From an uncultured bacterium (GTDB taxonomy: Bacteria; Acidobacteriota; HRBIN11; JAKEFK01): a stretch of 17,993 nt of DNA. The notes beneath the pieces were generated by a model that worked only from the letters and a program-made list of their open reading frames with translations, ran no database searches and had not been told where the DNA came from. Location: contig CAVZQN010000013.1 in the NCBI GenBank assembly GCA_963777505.1, positions 1 through 17,993 of the forward strand, written 5' to 3'. Positions 7,813 through 17,391 of this stretch are shown piece by piece (positions within the stretch are counted from its first letter, which is position 1; every line of letters starts with the position of its first letter). Both the position numbers and the translations under genes were made by a program.

Positions 7813-7872
7813 CTTCTAAACTACAACCGTTTCAATGTTGCGACCTCTCGCGCGCGTTGTGTTTACATTTTG
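7813..7872 (+). pseudogene. Shard of an SF1 (Upf1/DNA2-like) helicase C-terminus, motif VI
   Basis: LLNYNRFNVATSRARCVYIL matches the NR.NVA.SRA[RK] motif; flanking sequence does not look helicase-like. Confidence 0.55.
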
Positions 7873-7911
7873 GATATACGGAAGCGAATATGCCCAAAGA
7901 AAAATATTTGT

Positions 7912-8424
7912 CTAATGTCGTTCTTCCTTTTTGGAAGTCTTTCTAATGCTGCCAAGGTCATTAGATTCACTATTTCTTCTTGCAACTGCTTCTAAGAGGT
8001 CCGCATTTTGATTTGTAGCGGCTATAGGTTTTGGCTCTGAATGCTCTGAGCCTTTTGAATTTTCCTGCAAATCCTGTGATTGATTTGTGAGTTCTTCCAA
8101 GTATTCGCTAAGTTCGTTCGCCGTTTGATTCTGTTCTTGCAAGTTTTCCAGATAATCCTTTTTGTCTTCATTCGTTTCGCTAATCGACTGACGAAACGCA
8201 TTAAAAAGGGTGTCCTTCAGGTTTGGTTGCTGTGAAACTTCAAATCGCTGATGTGCAGACGATGTTGAATTTGTTTTTCCGTTAGAGGACTTACTGGAAG
8301 CCGATTCAAAAGAATCTGGAATTGAACTTATACCTACACTTACGCCCGGTTTTTTTTCAATCGTGGAATTGTGAGTTTCAATAGTTTGAGAAGTATTAAT
8401 TCCGTTTGATTTTTTGATCTGCAT
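7912..8424 (-). CDS. Hypothetical 170-aa protein: Ser-rich N-terminus plus acidic coiled coil
   Basis: RBS CAGGAGG and a sigma54 promoter upstream; LFNAFRQSISETNEDKKDYLENLQEQNQTANELSEYLEEL is a heptad-like segment. Confidence 0.8.
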   Translation of the reverse strand: MQIKKSNGINTSQTIETHNSTIEKKPGVSVGISSIPDSFESASSKSSNGKTNSTSSAHQRFEVSQQPNLKDTLFNAFRQSISETNEDKKDYLENLQEQNQTANELSEYLEELTNQSQDLQENSKGSEHSEPKPIAATNQNADLLEAVARRNSESNDLGSIRKTSKKEERH

Positions 8425-8471
8425 TTTTCCTCCTGTGCGTAGACATGTGCTACGTTCTCCCTACTCAAGAT

Positions 8472-8488
8472 AGCAAGTTCAATGCCAA
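8472..8488 (-). promoter_or_regulatory. Sigma54 (-24/-12) promoter
   Basis: Minus strand reads TTGGCATTGAACTTGCT (GG-N10-GC), 47 bp before the ATG at 8424. Confidence 0.8.
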
Positions 8489-8684
8489 AGGAAGCAATTT
8501 TGTTCACGTCGATGTCATGCACCACCAGAATGCGAAAAAGGAACGGAAGTTGCTCATACTGCGATTTAAGTTGCCTGGGTTCAAATCACAAGATTTAAAA
8601 TTGTCACTTTTTAGCGCGGGACAGTCTTAATAAAATCTAGCTGCGCTGAGTTTCGTTCGGCCTTGCAATCTTTCAGTTTTTTGA

Positions 8685-8693
8685 TGCTATAAT
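8685..8693 (+). promoter_or_regulatory. Extended -10 sigma70 promoter for the protease gene
   Basis: TGCTATAAT (TGn-TATAAT) with TTGCAA 19 bp upstream of the -10 hexamer. Confidence 0.5.
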
Positions 8694-8834
8694 TTGACCA
8701 CCCCCAGGTTTTAAAAAATCCACCCATATATCCGATGCTCGCAGTCTCTCTTTTCTAAAAATTCAGTCAAGTAGTTTTTGCGTAAAACTGCTGATGGCTG
8801 AAGTATCTCTCAAACCCTGAACAGGAGGTTGTAA

Positions 8835-11800
8835 ATGAAACTCAGGAAGGCGATGTTCGCCGTAATTGTATGCGCGTGCTTGATCACGCCAACTTTGTCG
8901 GCGCAGACTGATAGCAACGATGCTCGCGATGCTGCATTGAAGCGGCTTCAGGATTCGGCTGGTGGAATGTTGGTGGTTTCGAAGCACAAAGCAACGGGTG
9001 CTGCTCGATTTATCCGGCTGCAACCCGAAGCAAGTGCCAGGCTGGGCATCACACAAGCCCCAACGAAACAAGACAAGCAGGAGCAATCCTTATTGTTTTT
9101 CCGTAACTTTGGTGCTGCGCTTGGAGTGAGTGATGCAAATGAGCTTCGATTTCATTCCGAAGTCATCGACCAACTCGGCGAAACGCATTTAACATGGAAA
9201 CAATTTCATGGAGGCGTCCCCGTATTTGCCGGTACCATCAAAACCCATTTTGACGCTTCGAATCAACTGAAGGCAGTAGTTGGAACTGCAATCCCTGGTA
9301 TATCTGTAAAACCAACACCGACATGGGAGAGCGGACGTGCCGCAGAGGTTGCTCGGAATTTCGTAATCTCTGATCGCGGGAATTCAAATAATCTCAGAAT
9401 TGGAAAGAAAACTCTCTACATTTTTCGGGAAGGCCTGGTGAAAGGCGTTCCAGGTGCCAACCATTTAGCATGGGAGATCGAAGTTACGGATGGCGCGGGG
9501 ATCCGCGACTTCGTTTATGTTAACGCGCATACAGGAAAAGTTATCGACAGAATTACTGGTGTGCACGATGACCTGTTTCGACGCGCCTACAACGGCAAAG
9601 GTCTACCAGTTGTTCCCAATAGTTATCCGAACCGTCCGTATTGGGTAGAAGGGGATCGATTTCCAACCAGGCAAGAGGAAGCAAACAACATGATTATCGC
9701 TTCCGAAGAAACATATAACATGTTCAAAAATGCGTTTGGATATCTTTCATACGATGGTGAAGATGGAATCATGGATGCAATCTTCAACCGTGGATATGGC
9801 TGTCCGAATGCATCATGGAATGGTTCGTTCATTTCATTCTGCCCTGGTTATACAACGGATGATGTAACCGCTCACGAATGGGGGCACGCTTACACTCAGT
9901 ATGCAAACAATCTGATTTATCAATGGCAATCCGGTGCTCTGAATGAGTCTTACTCTGACATTTGGGGTGAGACGATTGATTTTATTAATAACCGTGGCGT
10001 TGATGCTCCTGGTGGACCGCGCACTGCAGCAGCATGTTCCAGTTTCTCTCCTCCGGTAGGTCAGGTAAAAGTGAATTCGCCTGCAGGGATCGCTGGAGAT
10101 AAATTCGCTCAATCTGCTTCTTTTGGTCCGCCATTAACATCAACGGGTATTACGAATGACGTAGTAGCCGCGCTTGATCCTGCTGATGCAGCGGGACCAA
10201 GCACATTCGACGGTTGCTCAGCACTAACAAACGCTGCAGCCGTCAGCGGAAAGATTGCGATTGTGAACCGTGGTACCTGTACGTTTGTTCAGAAAGTACT
10301 CAATGCACAGGCTGCTGGCGCTGTTGGCGTGATCATCGCAAACAATGCGGCCAATGGTCTTCCGCCAATGGGTACTGCAGCCGGAGCAGAGAATGTGACA
10401 ATTCCATCACTTGGAATTCAACAAGCTGATGGAAATGCCATTCGAACAGCTCTCCAAACAGATGTTGTGAATGTAACTCTACTTGCGGAAGAAGGCGCCG
10501 ATCAATCGTATCGCTGGTTGATGGGTGAAGAAATTACTTCGGGTGGCGCACTACGCGATATGTGGAATCCAACATGCTATTCCAATCCTGGAAAAGTCAC
10601 CGACACAGCGTACTACATCTGTAACGCAACGGATAACGGTGGTGTACACATAAATTCCGGAATACCAAACCACGCTTTCGCATTGCTTATCGATGGTGGA
10701 ACGTTTAATGGAGAAACTGTTACACCAATCGGTCTTACGAAGGCAGTTCATATCCACTTCCGCGCTGCTACGGTTTATCACGTAGATGACAGTGATTTCG
10801 TTGATCATGCGGATGCGTTGGAAGCATCATGCGCAGATCTCACAGGGCAGCCACTCAATGCACTGACCGGCGGAGATTCTGGCGAAGTCATCACTCCGGC
10901 CGATTGTGCTGAAGTAACCAATGCAATTGAAGCTGTTGAACTGCGGACACTACCAGCATTCTGTAATTTTGGTCCACTCCTGAATCCTGGACTACCAGAT
11001 CTTTGCGATGCCGAAGTTACAAGCGGAGTTGTAGAAGACATCCAGTTGTTCGACTTTGAAAGTGATCCTGGCTCATCATGGATCATCGGCCGCACTGCAA
11101 CTTCACCTAGCTTCACACCTCGCGATTGGACATGGGTCGGTTCACTTCCAGATGGACGCGCCGGATCCGCCTTCTTCTCACCTGATCCGAATAGCGGTAA
11201 CTGCGTGCCAGATGATGATGAAACTGGAGTTTTGAATCTAACAAGTCCTGAGATCATTCTTCCTGCGACATCCGACTTTGCTATGGCAACATTCGACCAT
11301 TGGATTGCCACTGAACCAGCAGTCGATGGAGGAATCTTGTTGATTAGTGTAAATGGCGGACCATTCCAGCAAATTCCGCCATCGGAATTTACTTTCAACA
11401 ATTACATTGTGTTCTTGCTTGGAAGTACTAACCCATTAGCAGGACTGCCAGCATGGAGCGGCACTGATCCCGGCTCAGCCAGTCAAGGATCATGGGGACG
11501 TACACACGTAAATCTCGGAAACTTTGCACAACCCGGAGACTCGATCCGCTTGCGTTGGGATTTCGGAACCGATTGTGGAACTGGAGCCACCGGTTGGTAC
11601 GTGGACAATGTAAACGTCTTCAGTTGTGAACCAAACCTTCCAGAAATTTCAATCAGCGATGTGGAAATTGCGGAAGGTGATTCTGGAACTACTCCAGCAA
11701 CCTTTATTGTCACGCTTTCAACACCAACGATAGCAACTGTGTCAGTCAACTTCGAGATAGTAAAGGGCACAGCAAAACCAGGCCAGGATTATAAAAAGAA

Positions 11801-11975
11801 TAATGGCGGCACTGTCGTTATTCCGGCTGGAGCTACGGAAGGTGAAATAACCGTTAACATCAAAGGTGATAACAAATCGGAACAGGACGAAACCTTTTCA
11901 GTGGTACTGAGCGACGCAGTGAATGCAACACTTGTGGATGCTGAAGCTCAAGGTACGATCCAAACCGATGATTAA
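8835..11975 (+). CDS. Secreted M4 (thermolysin-family) zinc metalloprotease with propeptide, PA domain and C-terminal Calx-beta domain
   Basis: Signal peptide (MKLRKAMFAVIVCAC...LSA); FTP/PepSY-like propeptide; NASW; HEWGH; GALNESYSD; PA motif (GKIAIVNRGTCTFVQKVLNAQAAGA); GGVHINSG; Calx-beta-like end (GTAKPGQDY...EQDETFSVVL). Confidence 0.95.
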   Translation: MKLRKAMFAVIVCACLITPTLSAQTDSNDARDAALKRLQDSAGGMLVVSKHKATGAARFIRLQPEASARLGITQAPTKQDKQEQSLLFFRNFGAALGVSDANELRFHSEVIDQLGETHLTWKQFHGGVPVFAGTIKTHFDASNQLKAVVGTAIPGISVKPTPTWESGRAAEVARNFVISDRGNSNNLRIGKKTLYIFREGLVKGVPGANHLAWEIEVTDGAGIRDFVYVNAHTGKVIDRITGVHDDLFRRAYNGKGLPVVPNSYPNRPYWVEGDRFPTRQEEANNMIIASEETYNMFKNAFGYLSYDGEDGIMDAIFNRGYGCPNASWNGSFISFCPGYTTDDVTAHEWGHAYTQYANNLIYQWQSGALNESYSDIWGETIDFINNRGVDAPGGPRTAAACSSFSPPVGQVKVNSPAGIAGDKFAQSASFGPPLTSTGITNDVVAALDPADAAGPSTFDGCSALTNAAAVSGKIAIVNRGTCTFVQKVLNAQAAGAVGVIIANNAANGLPPMGTAAGAENVTIPSLGIQQADGNAIRTALQTDVVNVTLLAEEGADQSYRWLMGEEITSGGALRDMWNPTCYSNPGKVTDTAYYICNATDNGGVHINSGIPNHAFALLIDGGTFNGETVTPIGLTKAVHIHFRAATVYHVDDSDFVDHADALEASCADLTGQPLNALTGGDSGEVITPADCAEVTNAIEAVELRTLPAFCNFGPLLNPGLPDLCDAEVTSGVVEDIQLFDFESDPGSSWIIGRTATSPSFTPRDWTWVGSLPDGRAGSAFFSPDPNSGNCVPDDDETGVLNLTSPEIILPATSDFAMATFDHWIATEPAVDGGILLISVNGGPFQQIPPSEFTFNNYIVFLLGSTNPLAGLPAWSGTDPGSASQGSWGRTHVNLGNFAQPGDSIRLRWDFGTDCGTGATGWYVDNVNVFSCEPNLPEISISDVEIAEGDSGTTPATFIVTLSTPTIATVSVNFEIVKGTAKPGQDYKKNNGGTVVIPAGATEGEITVNIKGDNKSEQDETFSVVLSDAVNATLVDAEAQGTIQTDD

Positions 11976-11997
11976 AAGGAATTGACTTTCTGATATT

Positions 11998-12026
11998 AGG
12001 GGCCCGATGTTGAATCGGGCCCTTTT
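11998..12026 (+). terminator. Rho-independent terminator
   Basis: GGGCCCGAT-N5-ATCGGGCCC followed by TTTT, between the convergent protease and higA genes. Confidence 0.8.
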
Positions 12027-12072
12027 AATTTTGTGCTGTGTATTCGTTTCTCATCGCTACTTTGGAAGCATG

Positions 12073-12366
12073 TCAGGCTGAAATTGGTTGTATGCGTGCG
12101 AGTACTTTTTCGATTCGATCTTTTTCTTTATCAAGATCGTATCGTGATTGAAGATTCAACCAAAATCTCTCTGATGTACCAAAGTATCTAGATAATCGAA
12201 GCGCTGTGTCTGCGGAAATGGATCGTTTTGCATGTACGATCTCATTGATGCGTCTAGGAGGCACGCCGATATCAGTAGCAAGGCGGTATTGTGTGATTTT
12301 CATTGGTAGCAAGAATTCTAGTTGCAAAATTTCCCCAGGATGAATGGGGATCATTTTTTTTGCCAT
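12073..12366 (-). CDS. higA: HigA antitoxin (XRE HTH)
   Basis: IHPGEIL..EFL, RRINEIV, RSISADTALRLSRYFGTSERFWLNLQ. Confidence 0.95.
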   Translation of the reverse strand: MAKKMIPIHPGEILQLEFLLPMKITQYRLATDIGVPPRRINEIVHAKRSISADTALRLSRYFGTSERFWLNLQSRYDLDKEKDRIEKVLARIQPISA

Positions 12367-12376
12367 AACGCTTCTC

Positions 12377-12658
12377 CTAGTGGTAATCCGTTATTTCAAC
12401 TTCTTCGGCATCAGATCCAATCCAATTAAAACAAATCCGCCATTGATTATTTATTCTGATGCTATATTGACCTTTTCGATTTCCTTTCAATGCCTCTAAA
12501 CGGTTTCCCGGAGGTATGCTTAAATCGGATAACTTTTCTGCAGCGTCCAGAAGTAAAAGTTTTCGACGGGCACTCCGCTGCACCTCACGTGAAAATCTGC
12601 GAACAAGAATCCTATTAAAAATCTTTTCGGTATCATCGCCCTTAAAGGTCTTGATCAC
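12377..12658 (-). CDS. higB: HigB toxin (RelE/ParE superfamily)
   Basis: PPGNRLEALKGNRKGQYSIRINNQWRICF...EITDYH; GTG start; upstream of higA. Confidence 0.95.
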   Translation of the reverse strand: MIKTFKGDDTEKIFNRILVRRFSREVQRSARRKLLLLDAAEKLSDLSIPPGNRLEALKGNRKGQYSIRINNQWRICFNWIGSDAEEVEITDYH

Positions 12659-12666
12659 ACAAAACC

Positions 12667-12702
12667 TATATTAACGCTCCCCGTTAATAACGTCAAGCGT
12701 TA
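12667..12702 (-). promoter_or_regulatory. higBA promoter with two palindromic operators
   Basis: TTGACG-N17-TAATAT on the minus strand, overlapped by TAACG-N5-CGTTA at 12672-12686 and 12688-12702. Confidence 0.75.
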
Positions 12703-12742
12703 TGGTCTCCTCTCGCTCCTTTACTCCCTACCGTTAGCAACT

Positions 12743-12766
12743 CCGGTTTCGTTGAGAAGAAACCGG
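12743..12766. repeat. Intergenic hairpin (REP-like)
   Basis: CCGGTTTC-N8-GAAACCGG between divergent genes, so unlikely to be a terminator. Confidence 0.4.
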
Positions 12767-12968
12767 CAGTCGTCGATGAACTTTGGCGGGGACAGGTCCG
12801 GGTTCATATTTCATCAATGATGTTGTTGCCGGGGAAAAATGGAGCATTGTATTTTGTAGGTTCTTTGATTCACTATAAGACACTCATAGAGTGATCTTAA
12901 AACTGTTTCCTTTTCCCTTTTTCCGCTACAATAAAAACCTACTGTCAAACGTATTCATGGAGTTTTAA

Positions 12969-15900
12969 GTGACAGAATCCCGTGAAGATCCTGAGCCTCC
13001 TGAATCCAATGATTCCGTCGATTCCAGCCCTTCCCAACTTTTGACTCTCGATTCAGATGCAGACGCCAAGGCAAAAGGCGACGGCCACTTTCAAATTCCA
13101 AAACATATTGGTCATTATGATATTGATGCTGTTTTAGGTTCTGGCGGAATGGGACAGGTTTTCAAAGGTTATGATCCAAAACTCAAACGGTTCGCAGCAT
13201 TAAAGATATTGCGTGCTGAAACTCCTCAATTGAATCGCCGTTTTGCTCAGGAAGCAAGATTACAAGCAAGAATTGATCACCCCAATGTTTGTAAAGTGTA
13301 TGAAGTAGGGGAGGTCGATGGAAAGCATTTTATTGCAATGCAATTTATCGCTGGCAAAACTTTGCGCGATGCAGCGACAGAATTAAAACTTGAAGAAAAG
13401 CTCCGGATCATCAAGCAAGTTGCGGAGGCGTTGCATTCTGCGCATAAAGAAGGGCTTATTCACCGGGACATCAAACCATCCAACATCATGGTGGTAAAAA
13501 CTGAAGAAGGAATCTGGCAGCCCTATATTCTGGATTTCGGTTTAGCGCGGGAGCAAGAAGCTGCAGGTTTAACACTTTCAGGAGTTGTTGTTGGAACCCC
13601 GCACTATATGGCTCCGGAACAAGCTCGCGGGGATACGGCTCATCTTGATCGCAGGACAGATGTCTACGGTCTTGGAGCTACATTGTATGAATTGCTCTCA
13701 GGTCAAACACCCTATCCTGGCAAAAGTTCCGCTGACGTTTTGATCAGGGTGTTGCAAGAAGATCCTGTTCCAATTAGAAAAATCGATCGTAATATTCCGA
13801 TCGATCTTGAAACGATTGTGATGAAGTGCATGCAAAAGGAGCCTCATCTCCGTTATGAATCTGCTAAAGAATTGTACGAAGATCTTCAAAGGTATTTGGA
13901 TGGCGATCCGATTTCAGCCAGGCCGATACGTTTTTCAGAACGCCTGATTAAAAAAGCAAAGAAAAATAAAGTAGCTGCAGTAAGCATCGCCGGCGCTTTA
14001 CTGATCACTTTGGTTCTTATTAGCGCTTTAGTCTGGGTGCAAACAAAGTCCAGCATTCAATCAAAGTATGCAAGAGAGTTCGGTGAGGAAGTTCGAAGTA
14101 TTGAATCGATGATGTTAAGCGTTTATTCAGCTCCAATCCATGATATTAGATCGGAATCAGCTGTAGCCAAAAAGCGTCTTTCCAAAATTGAAAATCGAAC
14201 CAGGGAAGCTGGTAGTTGGGCATATGGTCCGGGACATAATGCGCTGGGGTTGGGATATTTCGCTATCGGTGACTACGACAAAGCATTTCAAAATCTGGAA
14301 ATTGCGTGGCAATCTAATTATCGTGAACCATCAACGATCTACACTCTTGGGAAGCTGTATGGAATCCGTTATCAACGTGAATTAGCCGAAGCAGCATCCA
14401 TTAAGAACAAAGTACTTCGTGATGAGCAATTTGCGAAAATCGAGAAAGAGCTTCGTGATCCGGCCGTTGAATACTTGAAGATGTCGAAAACGAGCATTGA
14501 TTCGCCTGCGTATGCGGAAGGACTCATTGCATTTTATGAGAAGCGATACAGTGATGCGCTAAAAAATGCCATTGAGGCTTACAAGCAAGCCGGTTGGTCT
14601 TACGATGCAAAAAAATTGGAAGGAGATCTTTATCAATCAAGAGCGAGTGAACTTGAAGATAAGGGTGACTCTGAAGAAGCTGCAAAGAATTTGGATGCGG
14701 CGGCCGCCGCCAATCGGATCGCCATCGAATTAGGTAGAAGTAGAGCAGAAATCTACTTGAACGAAGCTTCCAGATGGACTGAAATTCTGATTCGCGATAC
14801 AGAGAAGGGAAAGACCAATCAAACTGCTTTCGATCAAGGACTTCATTTTGCGGATCAAGCAATCGTGATTAATCCGGAAGCTCCGGAAGGATACGCTCGC
14901 AAGCTAAAAATCTACACCAGTGCAGGAAACTATCTGATGTACAACACCGGTGAAGACCCGCGGAAGATGATGGAACAGGCAATTCAGATGGGTGAGCAAT
15001 TGCAGAAGTTAAGTCCGCGAAATCCTATCGCATTCTCTGAATCCGGAATTGCATACAGATTGATTGGCGAGTATCAGCTTCGACATGGAATGGATCCACG
15101 AAATTCGTTGGCTAAATCGATAGACCTTCTTGGAAAATCGGTTCAGATTAAGCCAGGATTTTCACCATATTTAGGAGCACTTGGCGTTGCGTATTCACTT
15201 CTTGCAGAATATGAACTGAAACACGGAAAAGATCCACGGCCTACATTTCAGAAAGCGATTCAACAATATCGAACCTCTGAACAAATAAATCCTAACTACA
15301 CCCAGGCCTTTATAAATGCTGGAATCGCATACTGGTTCATTGCGTCTTATGAAGCGTCACGTGGCTTAGATCCAACATCTGCTTTCCAAAATGCAATTGA
15401 ACAATATCAAACGGCCATCAAAGCGAATCCAAAAAATGCCTTTGCCTTATTTAATCTGAGCCTTGCATACATGGAGGCGGGTAATTTTGAGCTTCTTTCG
15501 GGACGTGATCCCACTAAATCATATGCACAATGTCTTGATACTTTGAAGAAATGTGCAGAGCTAATGAACAATTCATATGTTCCAACTGCATTCGGCAGTA
15601 TTTTTTATCAGATGGCAAATTACGAGTTTCAAAAAGGAAATGATCCGACATCTTTACTTGAACAATCGCGCAATTCTTATCAGAAATCGATTGAAATAGA
15701 TCCTTCTAATTATGAGCCATTCGGATTTCTAGGGCGTGATGAAACTCTTGCCGCGCGCTGGAACATAAAATTGGGACATTCTCCGAGTACCCTGTTTCAA
15801 ATGGGCCGAAAAAATTTCAAAAAAGCCATCGAGTTGAATAAAGAAGAACCTACCGTCTATCAGCTATATGCCGATTTGTTGCGAAGGGAAGCTGAATGGC

Positions 15901-16254
15901 TTCAATCCCAAAAACGATCTGGAGCTGAACCGATTTCCACCGGGTTGCAGATCGTCAAAAAAAATCTCGATCTTGATTCTACATCGTCCGAAGCTTACGC
16001 TCTGGAAGGAACGTTTTTCTCTTGAAGGCAGAAGAACAAACAGATAAGACATGCGATCCAATTTGGTCACCAAAAGTAAACTTTCTTTGGAGTATGCTTT
16101 GAAGTTGAATCGCTGGCTGAAAAAGAAGTATGAGCCGGTTCTGGAAGAGCGAATAAAGGCCTTGAATGAGGCGAACCTGATCACGAAGAATTCGAAGAGC
16201 GCTAAACCAAATATTAACGTCAAACGTTATTGCTCACATTTTAAGACGGACTGA
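12969..16254 (+). CDS. Membrane-anchored Hanks-type Ser/Thr kinase with large TPR region; last ~75 codons frameshifted
   Basis: LGSGGMGQV, AALK, HRDIKPSN, DFG, GTPHYMAPEQ; TM segment (VAAVSIAGALLITLVLISALVWV); many TPRs. ORF stops at 16025 but TPR-like text continues (LKAEEQTDK, then MRSNL...LEYALKLNRWLKKKYEP) via two frame changes. Confidence 0.92.
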
Positions 16255-16577
16255 CAACAGCGTACGCTGGGATTATTCATTGATAGCGTACTATTTTCAC
16301 AAAAAGTTATCTAAGGAACCTCTTCTAATATTTTAGCTCTATTACATTCTTATGATTTTAGGTTATTATTTGAGCTAACTTATAATTGGTAAACGCTTAA
16401 GTGTCTTTAAGCCGCATTCATTTGAAGGATTAATCGTAGACTCAAGAATCGCTGAAGAAGCGTCAAGCGGATATTTCACAATCCCTCCCGGACCCTGCTA
16501 AGTACTACGTCTTCAACTTTCAAATAGAGTTCGTGATCTATAGATGGATTACAAAGAAACAAAGGAGATAGAGAAAT

Positions 16578-17086
16578 ATGCTTTCAAAAATAGATAAGGC
16601 CAAAAAGGAGAAAGAACTCCTTCGTAAAATTGCATCCGACATTCATGAAGATGTGCGAGCCAAAGCTGTAAAGCTCGATCAAGGAAATTATCCTGGTTAT
16701 CTACCGTCAACCTGGTATGCATTGTTTCAAAAACAGTTTCTTCGCCACACCGGCGAAAAGAAGTGGAAATGTTTTTTTTAAGCCCGAGTGGTTGGCTTAA
16801 AGGACTCCACCTCAATGGTGCGTTAAAGAAAGAAACCGAATTCATTGCACGGCTTAAAACAGTTTGCGTTACATTGAGAAAATTTGCTAATGAAAAAAAC
16901 GCAGGAAATGTTCGAAACCTTGGTGAAATAGCTGCAGAGGCCAAAGTGCCAGCGGAGTGGCTGGCGAATGTGATCGATTCAGAATCAATTGAATACAGGT
17001 TTAATAAGATCGGAATCGCTTGGTTGAATGAAAAGGATAATTCTGTTCTTATTCCGTCGAATGTGGGACTGAAGAAATCAGCTTAA
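16578..17086 (+). pseudogene. Hypothetical ~169-aa protein split by one frameshift near 16755-16780
   Basis: AAGGAG upstream; ORFs 16578..16781 and 16763..17086 overlap across A/G- and T-runs and read as one protein. Confidence 0.55.
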
Positions 17087-17154
17087 GCTGATGCTCAGTT
17101 AGCGATAAATATATATGATCCCAATCATGGTTTGGGAGCTCACCCCGCGCTGAT

Positions 17155-17291
17155 TCAAGCGCAGGCGTTCGCTGATAAATCGACTGGCAGTTTCATTTTT
17201 ATCAGGAAAGCTATCCAGCGCGGTTCACTGTGCAAGCTGCGTAGCAGGGGAACGCCTCTCATTTCGGAAGGCTACCGTCTCGTTGTTCGCG
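17155..17291 (-). pseudogene. C-terminal tail remnant of a kinase-TPR protein
   Basis: REQRDGSL(P)/EMRGVPLLRSLHSEPRWIAFLIKMKLPVDLSANACA*, homologous to QRDGGLSEMKGDPLLRNIRKDPRFTAFLKKMNLPLD at ~1450-1561. Confidence 0.7.
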
Positions 17292-17361
17292 CTGAGGAGG
17301 AAGAATGATGCTGCCAGTAGTACTACAACAATAGCAGATTCCGATTAATTTACGCTAGACT

Positions 17362-17391
17362 GTAGGGGCGGGGTCTAAGACCTGCTCGCAC
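17362..17391 (+). repeat. GTAG-type REP-like palindrome
   Basis: GTAGGGGCGGGGTCTAAGACCTGCTCGCAC: a GTAG tetranucleotide followed by a GC-rich imperfect hairpin. Confidence 0.6.

Noticed and set aside
7666-7995. 109-aa ORF as a real gene
   Set aside because: TTG start without RBS, overlap with the 7912 gene, and only a 20-codon helicase-like shard is recognisable.
9623-11770. Minus-strand and alternate-frame ORFs inside the M4 protease (similarly inside the 3287, 5595 and 12969 genes)
   Set aside because: Shadow ORFs of strongly supported genes, with no motifs.
3287-17086. Integron cassette array (orphan genes plus TA modules)
   Set aside because: Genes are on both strands with their own promoters; no convincing attC sites and no integrase were seen.
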